From the human T2T-CHM13v2.0 reference genome, Homo sapiens: a DNA stretch of 64,000 bases. The stretch is taken from NCBI RefSeq assembly GCF_009914755.1, contig NC_060925.1; one strand, 5' to 3'. The position numbers were made by a program, and so were the translations under genes. Numbering within the stretch: the first letter of the stretch is position 1; each line of letters begins with the position of its first letter. Positions 35,965 to 56,219 of the stretch are shown in pieces. A model generated the notes under the pieces. That model ran no database searches. It had not been told where the DNA came from and was given only the letters and a program-made list of their open reading frames with translations.

Positions 35965-36870
35965 TCAAAAAAAAAAAAAAAAAAACATGTAATCGGCTGT
36001 ACGCAGTGGCTCACGCCTGTAATCCCAGGACTTCGGGAGGCTGAGGCAGGTGGATTACTTGAGATTAGGAGTTTGGGACCAGCCTGGCCAACATGGTGAA
36101 ACCCCGTCTCTACTAAAAATACAAAATTTGGGCTGGGCACAGTGGCTCACGCCTATAATTCCAGCACTTTGGGAGGCCAAGGCGGGGTGGATCACTGAGA
36201 TCAGGAGTTCGAGACCAGCCTGGCCAAACTGGTGAAACCTCGTCTCTACTAAAAATACAAAAATTAGCTGGGTGTGGTGGTGGGTGCCTGTAATCCCAGC
36301 TACTCGAGAGGCTGAGGCAGGAGAATCACTTGAACCCAGGAGGCAGAGGTTGCATGAGCCGAGATCGCACCATTGCACTCTAGCCTGGGTGACAGAACGA
36401 GACTCCATTTCAAAAAAACAAAAACAAAACAAAACTTAGCAGGGCATGGTGATGCACACCTGTAATCTCAGCTACTCGGAAGGCTGAGGCACAAGAATTG
36501 CTTCAACCCGGGAGGTGGAGGTTGCAGTGAGCTGAGATCATGCCTGTGCGCTCCAGCCTGGCGACAGAGTGAGACTCCGTCTCAAAAAACAGAAAAATAC
36601 ATGTAATGCTCCTTGTTAAACATCTTAGATAATATAGGAAGATAAAACGAAACAAGTAATGATTATCTATAATACCATTTTCCGAGGTTACCATTGTTAA
36701 TATGGGATATATTTTCTTCCCCACATTTTTCTCACATATTTTTTGTGTATGCATTTTTTTTCCAAAAAAAAAAAAAATGGATGATAGGCTGTTTTTCTTC
36801 CTTTTTTTTTTTTTTTTTTTTGGTTGGGGGGTGGAGTTTCACTACTCTTTCTCCCAGGCTGGAGTGCTGA

Positions 36871-37068
<198 letters not shown>

Positions 37069-37071
37069 TGA

Positions 37072-37377
<306 letters not shown>

Positions 37378-37823
37378 TAATCCGCCCGCCCCGGCCTCCC
37401 ACAGTGTTGGGATTACAGATGTGAGCCACCACACCTGGCCGTCTGTTTTTCATTCTGCTTGTTTTACTTGGCAATGGGGAACATCTTTCTATTCAATAGA
37501 TTGATCTCTGAAAACATCACTTTTGATGGCTTCATACTGTTCTATCATGAATATACCACATATTTAGTTCACTACTATTGAACATTCGGGTTCTGTTTTT
37601 GTTGTTTTTAAAATGTTATGAAGGATACAGTAGAGAATATTTGTGTAATTAATCTGTGGGTGCATCCATTATTCTGTTCTTGGGATACATTTTGAGAAGT
37701 GGAATTGTTGGGCAATTCCTCTTAACGTATTTCTAGAGTGTTTGATAAATATTGTCTGATTGGCCCAGGAAAATGTTTGCCATTTCTCATATGTAGTATT
37801 TGACTGACTTTCAGGACAGGAAG

Positions 37824-37896
37824 ATGTCACCCAAGCGCATAGCTAAAAGAAGGTCCCCCCCAGCAGATGCCATCCCCAAAAGCAAGAAGGTGAAGG
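37824..37896 (+). CDS. RCC1: RCC1 first coding exon (MSPKRIAKRRSPPADAIPKSKKVK; NLS and N-terminal methylation motif); exon starts 37815
   Basis: tttcag|GACAGGAAG ATG; donor G|gtaagt at 37897. Confidence 0.97.
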
Positions 37897-38379
37897 GTAA
37901 GTTGGCCTTGGCCTCTTTGTGGGTACAGGTGGCCCCTTGAAACCCTAAGAACCCGGGACTGGGCTCCTTTCTTCCTGAGGCTTGAAGCTGAAGGGTGTGG
38001 ATGTGCAGAGACCCCACCCAGCTGGAAGGTTTCCTGTAGCTCATTGAATCCTACCCTCTGGGAATCACAAAGTGGGCAGAAACTCCTCTCAAAGCACTCA
38101 GGCAGCACTGGCACAAAAAAAAAAAAAAAAAAACTAGACCCTAGGGCTTCACCCCAGGCAGTGATGCATTATGGTTAGGACCACTGACTTTCCGACATGG
38201 GTTCAAGTCCTTGCTCTGCCACTTTCTAGCTGCTGGGCAAGTCACTTAATCCCGCAGTTTGGATTATCAACTTCTTAAAATGGCGGCAGCCAGAGCAGCG
38301 TCACCCTCTCTGGGCTGTGTGAGGATGAGATGAGATAATGGCCTGGCAGCATTTGAGGGAGGTGGCTGTGGTTTCCTCT

Positions 38380-38900
38380 GTCCTGGGACCCCGGAGGGGG
38401 ACAGGGAGGAGAGAAAAGCCAGCACCAAACTGGGAGGGGAAGTGTGGACCCACGCTCAGACAGTGTCTGTCTTTTGCAGACACGAGGGCCGCTGCCTCCC
38501 GCCGCGTTCCTGGCGCCCGCTCCTGCCAAGGTGCCTGCGGGCCGAGCCCTCCTGACCAGAAAACCCGACCAGGTGGCTCCGCGCCCGGGGCGCCCTCTGT
38601 GCTGCCAGCGCGGGCTCCTCAGCGGTGGCCACATCCTCGGGGGAGGGGCTGGGCGCCATTGGCTGCCCGGGGCTGCGGGTTGGGGGGCCGCCTTTGGCCC
38701 ACAGAGAGCCCCGGGCGCGCACCTCCCGCAAATGCCGCTGTCCGCTCTTCCTCCCGCCCCTCCTGCCTCTCCACTGGATGGTGGAGGGAAGAGTCCGTTT
38801 CTGCAGTGGATTTGCCCGGGAGCTGAACTTATTCACTGGCGGACGGCTTGGGCATGGAGGAGGGCTTGGATGGAGACTGGGGATTGTTCTCTGACCCACG
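38380..38900. promoter_or_regulatory. Intragenic CpG island over the alternative exon
   Basis: Local CpG enrichment, reverse CCAAT (attgg 38658), GC boxes. Confidence 0.65.
38480..38572 (+). CDS. RCC1: RCC1 alternative exon: 51 nt (to 38530; 17-aa gamma insert) or 93 nt (to 38572; 31-aa beta insert)
   Basis: cttttgcag acceptor; DTRAAASRRVPGARSCQ(GACGPSPPDQKTRP). Both lengths preserve frame; weak donors gtgcct and gtggct. Confidence 0.85.
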
Positions 38901-39759
38901 TAGTCTCCCTTGCTTTCGGTGCAGATTCTGCTATTATAATTAGCTTTCTGCGGGGCAAGGTGGCTCACGCCTGTCAGAAGATCGAGACCATCCTGGCTAA
39001 CACGGTGAAACCCCGTCTCTACTAAAATACAAAAAATTAGCCTTGCGCGGTGGCGCGCGCCTGTAGTCCCAGCTACTCAGGAGGCTGAGGCAGAGGAATC
39101 GCTTGAACCCGGGAGGCAGAGGTTGCAATTAGCCAAGATCCACCACTGCACTCCAGACTGGCGACAAAGGGAGACTCCGTCTCAAAATAACAATAACAAT
39201 AATTAGCTTTCTTTTCTTTTTCTTTTTTTTTTTTTTTTTGAGATCAAGTATCACTCTGTCGCCCAGACTGGAGGCGGCAGTGGCACGATCTTGGCTCACT
39301 GCCACCTCCGCCTCCCAGGTTCAAGTGATTCTCCTGCCTCAGCCTCCTGAGTAGCTGAGATTACAGGCTACTGTTGGCAAGGCTGGTCTCTTAACTCCTG
39401 ACCTCAAGTGATCCGCCCGCCTTGGCCTCCCACAGTGCTAGGATTACAGGTGTGAGCCACCGCACCCAGCCCTTCTTGCCCTCTCCACCAAGATTCATTT
39501 CACAGTATCCAGTGTCTCCTTGTTTCCCTTTCTCCCCTTTCACGTGAATAATGTGCTCAGTTCTTAATCTCCACAAAAATCCTGTGAGAGAGGTACTTTT
39601 GTTGTCCCCATTTCACAGATGACAAAACTTAGAAAGTTCATACTAACAGTCTGTGGCAGAGCAGGGGCTTCTGCACAGGTTTGTCTGATCCCAGAGCCTG
39701 TGACCTCTCCTCGCTGTCGTCATCCTCTACACTCAGGGTCTATCTTCTTCACCCTTCAG

Positions 39760-39947
39760 TCTCACACAGGTCCCACAGCACAGAACCCGGCTTGGTGCTG
39801 ACACTAGGCCAGGGCGACGTGGGCCAGCTGGGGCTGGGTGAGAATGTGATGGAGAGGAAGAAGCCGGCCCTGGTATCCATTCCGGAGGATGTTGTGCAGG
39901 CTGAGGCTGGGGGCATGCACACCGTGTGTCTAAGCAAAAGTGGCCAG
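39760..39947 (+). CDS. RCC1: RCC1 coding exon ([27 protein letters not shown]...SKSGQ)
   Basis: cccttcag acceptor, gtaggt donor; RCC1 repeat motif GQLGLG. Confidence 0.97.
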
Positions 39948-40127
39948 GTAGGTGTTGGGGACTGGCACAGGGTTGGACAAGGCCTGGGGTTGGGTGGCTT
40001 GGGGCAGGGCTTTTGAACCACGCATGTTCACTGTGGAAATGGAGCTGGCTAGTCAAGTGGGGAGTGGCCTACATGAGAATGGACTGCGAGGCCAGACGTT
40101 GCATTAATGAGGGCATCCTGGGCACAG

Positions 40128-40307
40128 GTCTATTCCTTCGGCTGCAATGATGAGGGTGCCCTGGGAAGGGACACATCAGTGGAGGGCTCGGAGATGGTCC
40201 CTGGGAAAGTGGAGCTGCAAGAGAAGGTGGTACAGGTGTCAGCAGGAGACAGTCACACAGCAGCCCTCACCGATGATGGCCGTGTCTTCCTCTGGGGCTC
40301 CTTCCGG
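40128..40307 (+). CDS. RCC1: RCC1 coding exon ([16 protein letters not shown]...VFLWGSFR)
   Basis: gcacag acceptor, gtaagg donor; 180 nt, phase 0. Confidence 0.97.
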
Positions 40308-40791
40308 GTAAGGCTGGGTCTGAAAGTCTGCATGGTCCCTGAAAGACAGAATTAATTGGCGGGGCCCCAAAGATAATCCACTTCCATGCCCCCATGGTAC
40401 TTACTGGTGGGGAGATGAAAGCCCACAGGTAGAGCTGAGGCCCAGACCCAGGACTCTAGCTTCCTCATGTGGGCCTGTCCACGCCACTGGCTGCTTCCTT
40501 GAATCCGATGTCATCAAGTGTCTGTCCTGGGAAGTGAGTGGGTCAAGGATGTCCCTGGGTTGAGGCTGATCCAGGAGGCCTGCTGTCTTCACCCATCTCC
40601 CTGACTTCTGTCTCCCCCTCACCTTGCCAGCACTGCCTCTTCCACACTTCCCAGAGGCTTGGATGGGGCAAGGAGGTGTGGAGGCAGGGATTGTCGCATC
40701 TCAGAGTTTCCAAGGTACAGAGGAGTGTAGTTGAAAAAACAGATTGTGGGTTTTTGTTGTTGTTGTTGTTGTTGTTTTTGTATTGTTTTGA

Positions 40792-40950
<159 letters not shown>

Positions 40951-41240
40951 TAGTAGAGACGGGGTTTCCCCTGTTGGTCAGGCTGGTCTCGAACTCCCGA
41001 CCCCAGGTGATCCACCCGCCTCAGCCTCCCAAAGTGCTAGGATTACAGGCGTGGGCCACCACACCCGGCCTGATGGGTGTTTCCTTATCACATCTATTTT
41101 GAAATTTTCATGGAGAATTTCAAACACATGAAAGTAATCAGAATTGGGCTGGGCGCGGTGGCTCATGCCTGTAATCCCAGCACTTTGGGATGCCAAGATG
41201 GGCAGATCACGACGTCAGGAGATCGAGACCATACTGGCTA

Positions 41241-41459
<219 letters not shown>

Positions 41460-41462
41460 TCA

Positions 41463-42117
<655 letters not shown>

Positions 42118-42120
42118 TGA

Positions 42121-42324
<204 letters not shown>

Positions 42325-43009
42325 TAGAGACGGCATTTCACCGTGTTAGCCGGAATGGTCTCGATCTCCTGACCTCGTGATCGCCCGCCTTGGCCTCCCA
42401 AAGTGCTGGGATTACAGGCATGAGCCACCGCGCCCGGCCTCTTTTCTTTTTTAATTAGAGACGAGATCCTGCTCTGTCACCCAGGCCAGAGTGCAATGGC
42501 ATCGTCTTAGCTCATTACAGCCTCAACTTCCTGGGCTCAGGTGATTTCTTCCACCTCAGCCTCGCAAGTAGCTGGTACTAGAGGCTTGTGCCACCACGCC
42601 CAGCTAATTTTTGTATTTTTTGTAGGGACGGGGTTTCACCGTGTTGCCCAAGCTGGTCCTGAGCTCAAGCGATCTGCCCACCTGGGCCTACCAAAGTGCT
42701 AGGATTACTGGCATGAATTACCATGCCTGGCCCAGAATAGTATATTGAGTGCCCATTTACTTGCCACACAGTTTCAATGATTATCAGCTTGTGGCCAGAC
42801 TTGTTTATCTCTATTTGCATCCGCTCTCTGACTCCTTGATTATTTTAATGCAAGTCGCAGACCATAAATGATTTCATTCATAAGTATTTGAGTATGTGGC
42901 CTGGCTCCTGCCCACTTCTCCATCCCCATCTGGTGCCACTGCCCTTCTGGATTTCACTGGCACGGGGCAGGCAGGACTGGCTGATAAGTGCCCTGTCCCT
43001 CCCTTCTAG

Positions 43010-43106
43010 GACAATAACGGTGTGATTGGACTGTTGGAGCCCATGAAGAAGAGCATGGTGCCTGTGCAGGTGCAGCTGGATGTGCCTGTGGTAAAGGTGG
43101 CCTCAG
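43010..43106 (+). CDS. RCC1: RCC1 coding exon ([32 protein letters not shown])
   Basis: cccttctag acceptor, gtgggt donor; 97 nt. Confidence 0.96.
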
Positions 43107-43217
43107 GTGGGTCTGGGGGCACTTGCTCAGGGCAGGAGTTGGAGGACCTTGTTCTGGGGCTGGCCTAGCCTTGGGCCTTACAGTTGTGGCCTGCATCCCT
43201 TACCTTTTCATCCTTAG

Positions 43218-43340
43218 GAAACGACCACTTGGTGATGCTGACAGCTGATGGTGACCTCTACACCTTGGGCTGCGGGGAACAGGGCCAGCTAGGCCGTGTG
43301 CCTGAGTTATTTGCCAACCGTGGTGGCCGGCAAGGCCTCG
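43218..43340 (+). CDS. RCC1: RCC1 coding exon ([41 protein letters not shown])
   Basis: tccttag acceptor, gtaagt donor; 123 nt. Confidence 0.97.
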
Positions 43341-43830
43341 GTAAGTGGCCTTGGTACCTCCAGCAGGGCAAATTGGCAGGCCACCCCCACAGTGAAGGCC
43401 AAAGGCAGGAAGGATTTGCTGTGGTCAGGCTTGCATCAGATGGGCTTGTGGTGTTGGTTAGGACTTTGGAGACAGACTGCTCTGGTAGTTTTGCCACCTA
43501 CTGTCTATGGGACTCTGAACATAGTTTCTTCATCACTAAGTCTACCTACCTGTAAACCTACTTCATTAGGTTGCTGTGAAGTTAAATGAGTTAATGAGAA
43601 GAATATCAGGCAGATGGTAAGTTCCACGTAAATGATACCCGTAATGACTGTGGGAATCTGAGCAAGGCACTTGTATTCTCTTGATCTCAGTTTCCTTTTC
43701 TATAAAATAGGGATAAGAGTCCCTACTTAGCCTCTCAAGGGCTTTTATAATGGAGGAGAATTAAACTCGGGGCAGAGAGAAGCCATGTGTGTCTGTCTGT
43801 CACTGACCGTGGCTTTCCCTTTGCCTGCAG

Positions 43831-43986
43831 AACGACTCCTGGTCCCCAAGTGTGTGATGCTGAAATCCAGGGGAAGCCGGGGCCACGTGAGATTCCAGGA
43901 TGCCTTTTGTGGTGCCTATTTCACCTTTGCCATCTCCCATGAGGGCCACGTGTACGGCTTCGGCCTCTCCAACTACCATCAGCTTG
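43831..43986 (+). CDS. RCC1: RCC1 coding exon ([34 protein letters not shown]...YHQL)
   Basis: cctgcag acceptor, gtgagc donor; 156 nt. Confidence 0.97.
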
Positions 43987-44221
43987 GTGAGCCCCGAGCC
44001 CAGCTTCAGGCATGACCCAGTGGCCTGCGTTCCTGTCCTGGCTCTGCCACTCATTCATTGTGCATCCTTTGCGGGGTCGTCTAACCCCTCCAAGCCAGTT
44101 TTGTCATCTGTAAAGTGAGAATGTCCATATCCTGATGGGAGGTGGCCTCACTGTGGGAGGAGATTGAGAAGGGCAGCTCTCAGAACACCTTCACCCCTGA
44201 TGGCTCCGGCCTTTCCCCCAG

Positions 44222-44341
44222 GAACTCCGGGCACAGAATCTTGCTTCATACCCCAGAACCTAACATCCTTCAAGAATTCCACCAAGTCCTGGGTGGGCTT
44301 CTCTGGTGGCCAGCACCATACAGTCTGCATGGATTCGGAAG
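44222..44341 (+). CDS. RCC1: RCC1 coding exon ([40 protein letters not shown])
   Basis: ccccag acceptor, gtaggg donor; 120 nt. Confidence 0.97.
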
Positions 44342-44706
44342 GTAGGGCCTTTACGTCCTTCTCTAGTTTGGGGGTGGAGTGTTCCCTGGCCTAGGCCTAG
44401 CCAGATTCCTGAGACCATGGTCCTTGGAGCCTGGGTCTGTTCCATGGGTTGTACCATACATGGGTCCATGAGAGTCACTCTCATCCTCCTAGAGTCCTGG
44501 TGTTCTTCCAAGTGTGAGTTCAATGGGGGCCCATGTAGATTCTCCTAGGCCTCCTCCAAAACTGGGAAGAGACACTGCAGATCTCCTTCTGATCGCTCTG
44601 GGAGCAGGGACACACTCCCATGGACAGGTGGACTCACCTAGCCTGCCACCCATTTTGCCTGTAGCACGCCCTCTGCTATTGCTCATCTCTCTCCCTCCTC
44701 CCATAG

Positions 44707-44859
44707 GAAAAGCATACAGCCTGGGCCGGGCTGAGTATGGGCGGCTGGGCCTTGGAGAGGGTGCTGAGGAGAAGAGCATACCCACCCTCATCTCCAGGCT
44801 GCCTGCTGTCTCCTCGGTGGCTTGTGGGGCCTCTGTGGGGTATGCTGTGACCAAGGATG
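44707..44859 (+). CDS. RCC1: RCC1 coding exon ([24 protein letters not shown]...YAVTKD)
   Basis: cccatag acceptor, gtgagt donor; 153 nt. Confidence 0.97.
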
Positions 44860-45791
44860 GTGAGTGGGGCTGCCTACACTCTGTCTAGTTGGGACCTGGG
44901 GGTCATGGTTCTTACCCAATTCCCCAATAGGCTGTGATGTCCACTCTCGGGGGAGCCGAGGTACAGAGAGCAGTGTTTGTGATGGCACTTTGTTCCTGCT
45001 TCTCAGAAGCTCTGGCATTGATGAATATGAAATGAGTACACAAATTATTTTAGTAAAGGTGACTTATTATGCAGAGGAGAGAAATAGCAAAGAGTGAGAT
45101 ATCACTGAGGCCTAAGGAGGCAATGGGACTGGAACCCAAGTCTCCAGACTCCTAACCCAGGCTGCTCTCTCCCCTCAGGGTGACCCCTTCATATATCACC
45201 TTGTATGTTCCCGCTTTCCAGGGACTTTTACTTAGAATCTAAATCAAGAAAAAAAAAGGCTTAGTAGTCAGAGTTGTAGCAACTATAGCAGAGGAGGGTG
45301 TGAACAAGTGACCACCAAAGCCTGAGTGGGTGAGGGGGATAGCCATGGAGGTCCTGTAGAAGCCTGGAGCTGGCAGAGGTGCTTGACCTGAGGTTATCTG
45401 GGAAGACTTCCTCAGGAAGTGGGGCTTGCACTGTACCTTGAAGGTTCCATTCCTTGTGAAAAGCAAAGAATGCCATTCCAGGCAGAGGAACATCAGGGCA
45501 GTCTCAAAGGTGGCTGGTCCTGGGAACAGAGGGTGGGGTAGGACCTTGAATGCCACGCCTAGGAGCAGCCTTTGGCAGTGTGTAGGGACTGTGCTCTCTG
45601 GTTTACAGAGTTCTTTTTTATCCATCATCTCCTTGGGTTCTCCCAACTTCCCTGAACTCCCAGAGTCTGGTACCTTGCCAAGCTGCTATTGGCCAAGGCC
45701 ACAGTCCACGCCCATGTCCCAGGTTTCTCCTGCTACAGAAAGGTGGGCTGGGGATCCTGGAGACAGCTGTACCCATTTCTCTCTCTTGCAG

Positions 45792-45967
45792 GTCGTGTTT
45801 TCGCCTGGGGCATGGGCACCAACTACCAGCTGGGCACAGGGCAGGATGAGGACGCCTGGAGCCCTGTGGAGATGATGGGCAAACAGCTGGAGAACCGTGT
45901 GGTCTTATCTGTGTCCAGCGGGGGCCAGCATACAGTCTTATTAGTCAAGGACAAAGAACAGAGCTGA
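45792..45967 (+). CDS. RCC1: RCC1 last coding exon ([15 protein letters not shown]...VKDKEQS-stop)
   Basis: cttgcag acceptor; TGA at 45965-45967. The nine constitutive exons total 1266 nt = 421 aa + stop. Confidence 0.97.
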
Positions 45968-46950
45968 TGAAGCCTCTGAGGGCCTGGCTTCTGTCCTGCA
46001 CAACCTCCCTCACAGAACAGGGAAGCAGTGACAGCTGCAGATGGCAGCGGGCCTCTCCCCAGCCCTGAGCACTGTGTCAGTTCCTGCCTTTTCTCATCAG
46101 CAGAACAGAATCCTTTTCCTCTTTTCCTTCCTCCTCTTTGGAATTTTCCTGGGACCTACAGAATAAAGGGGGGGATGGACAGGGGGTTTTCAAAAGGAAC
46201 ATGGCTCACTCAGAGCTATATGGTTAGACGTTTCTCCCCTTTTCCCTACCTTCCATGGTCCTGGTTGGCCCTGGCTTTGCCTACTAGAAAACCAAAACTT
46301 CCCCCCTGGGGTTTTGTGCCCACTCTCTGAGAAGTTGGGGCTCCATCAAGCCCCATTCTAGTCATGTGCCCCTTTCCTGTCCCTAACAGTCCACAGGCAA
46401 ACAAATGGTACAGTCATAAGAGCCATCTGTCACGGACCCACGCCCAGAGGAACGTGCAGAAAAAAGCAGAGCTACATGGCTGTGGGCAACTATAAGCCAA
46501 ATATTTGGCTCAGAACAGGTGTCCATGGGACAAAAAAGAACGATCCTCCACTTGACCAAGAAAAAAGTGATTCTCCCAGAAGCACAAAGCATACTCTTGC
46601 CCCTCAGGTGTTGCTTGTGTACATCGTACCCATCCATTCGGCTTCACCTGCAGCCAACGGCCTGGAATCGCAAAGAGACACCACTCTGGGCAGAGCAGAG
46701 CAGGGTATGGGGTGGGGAGAGAGGGTGGAGGGTTTTATAAACAAACTTAACAGCAATATTGAAAGGAGGTGGGGGATTGAGGGAGGGACAGAGTGTTGGA
46801 GGGCCAGAGACTAGTCCTGAGATGGAAACAGCAACTTGTACAGTGGCTGAGAAAATAGGATATAGTTTTGATTTTTTTAATTGTAAAATATTTTGGAGGG
46901 AGAACAAAATCTTTTAACATTTTGAATAAATTTAGAGTTTTATAAAATAG
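45968..46950 (+). other. RCC1: RCC1 3'UTR; poly(A) signals AATAAA at 46162, 46925 and 47026
   Basis: Repeat-free stretch after the stop. The 46925 signal sits in AU-rich context with a U-rich downstream element. Confidence 0.8.
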
Positions 46951-47215
46951 GCCACTTGTTTTCTACACATTCCCTGCTTTTTAAGGGAGCACATATTATG
47001 TGCCAGGCACTGCTGGGAAAGACAGAATAAACTATAAACCTGGTGTTGAGGCTACAACTTAAGTGATGTCAAGATGTCCTGAGGTGCCAACCAGCTGTCA
47101 GTGTGACTGTAACAAAGGCTTCAAATCTGTCAAGAAGTAAGGAAAAGTTTTGTTTGAATTTTGTTTGGGTATTTCTGTTTTGGGAGTCACTGGATTATTT
47201 TTAAATGCTGCATAG

Positions 47216-51261
<4,046 letters not shown>

Positions 51262-51735
51262 CTATATTTTAATATTTGCTTTGCGAAAAGTACTTGTATG
51301 TCCGCTACTCCAGCCCCAAAAAAATCCTTTGGAATTATATTTATTGGAGTTTTCCCACTCAGCAATATAATATAGCAGGGTGAAAGTACCTCTTTTTTTT
51401 TTTTTTTTTTTTGAGACAGTGTCTTACTCTGTTACCCAGGCTGGAGTGCAGTGGCATGATCACCACTCACTGCAGCCTTGACTTCCTCAGGTTCAGGTGA
51501 TCCTCCCACCTCAGCCTCCCAAGTAGCTGGGACCATAGGCATGTGTCACTACACTTGGCTAATTTTTGTATTTGTTTGTAGCTACAGGGTTTTGCCACGA
51601 TGTACAGGCTGGTGTCGAACTCCTGGACTCAAGTGATCTGCCTGCCTCAGCCTCCCAAAATGTTGGGATTACAGGCGTGAGCCACTACACCTACAAAAGT
51701 ACTTCGTTATTGGTCAGGTGCGGTGGTCACACCTG

Positions 51736-53370
<1,635 letters not shown>

Positions 53371-53797
53371 CACCTGTAATCCCAGCACTTAGGGAGGCTG
53401 AGGTGGGTGGCTCACCTGAGGTCAGGAGTTCAAGACCGGCCTGGCCAACATGGTGAAACCCTGTATCTACTAAATCTACTAAAAATATAACAAATTAGCT
53501 GGGTATGGTGGCATGCAGCTGTAGTCCCAGCTACTCAGGAGGCTAAGGCTCGAGAATCACTTGAACCCAGGAGGGGGAGGTTGCGGTGAGCCGAAATTGT
53601 GCCACTGCCCTCCAGCCTGGGTGACAGAGCGAGACTGTCTCAAAAAAAAAAAAAGAAAGAAAATAGTACCTCCTTTTTTTTTTTTTTTGGAGACTCTGTC
53701 TCCCGGGCTGGAGTGCAGTGGGTGCGATCTCAGCTCACTGTAACCTTCACCTCCTGGGTTCAAGCGATTCTCCTGCCTCAGCCTCCTGAGTAGCTAG

Positions 53798-53977
<180 letters not shown>

Positions 53978-54576
53978 TAATAGCTCATATGCATTGGGAC
54001 TTCGAGTAGGGTAGGCATCGTATTGAGCACTTTACATGCAATAGCTTGTTTAATCCTCACATCAGCTCTACTATCCTTCAGGGAACAGTCCCTGCCAGTT
54101 GAAGTGACTTGCTTGAGGTCAGGAGGCTACCAAGTGCATAGTCTATTCAGCCTCCACCTGAGCCCAGAACCTCAGTATTTTTTCCTCATATTGTACCTAA
54201 GAGTTATAAAGTTCCCTAGATGTTTTATGTATATTAGAACAGTGCCAGCCACGTAGTAAATGCTATACAATTCTTTGCTATTATGATTATTTTACATTTT
54301 ATATTCCCTGTAGTTAATAATTGCCTTGTTTTTAATGTACTTTGTTTTGTTTGTATAAGTATCATTAATTCAGTTCCAATATATCAGAAGTATAAATCTT
54401 TTGGGTGTTCAAACACATCACCTACTTTCAATTTTATCTTTTCCTCCGTCCTCTCCCAACCTGAATTAATTACCCCGAAATAAATGTAAAGTAATACAAC
54501 ATATGGCTGTGCTATAAATAATACTTACAGTCATAATAATGTGGATGTTCAACAGTGCTTTAACAAAATATCATCA

Positions 54577-54756
<180 letters not shown>

Positions 54757-54922
54757 CTATTGAGGGCAGGGAGGCTGAGGTGGGAGGACTGCTTGAGCCC
54801 AGGATATCCAAGCTGCAGGGGCTGTGATTATAACACTGTACTCCAGCCTGGGTGACAGAGCAAGACCCTGTTTTTTAAAAAGTTGGGGTACGGTGGCTCA
54901 CGCCAGTAATCCCAGCACTTTA

Positions 54923-55237
<315 letters not shown>

Positions 55238-55352
55238 TCACCTGAGGTTGGGAGTTTCAGACCAGCCTGACCAACTTGGAGAAACCCCATCTCTACTAAA
55301 AATACAAAATTAGCTGGGCATGGTGGCGCATGCCTGTAATCCTAGCTACTCA

Positions 55353-55445
<93 letters not shown>

Positions 55446-55542
55446 CTAAATTCCATCTCAAAAAAAAAAAAAAAAAAAAAGCCAGGCGCAGTGGTTCACG
55501 CCTGTAATCTCAGTACTTTGGGAGGCTGAGGTGGGCAGATCA

Positions 55543-56219
<677 letters not shown>

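Noticed and set aside
43107-43217. Frame-preserving retention of the 111-nt RCC1 intron (and of the 180-nt intron 39948-40127)
   Set aside because: Both contain in-frame stops (TAG and TGA), so retention cannot give an extended protein.
45965-45970. Selenocysteine or readthrough at the RCC1 TGA, prompted by the neighbouring Sec-pathway gene
   Set aside because: The stop is immediately followed by a second in-frame TGA, and I could not identify a SECIS in the UTR.
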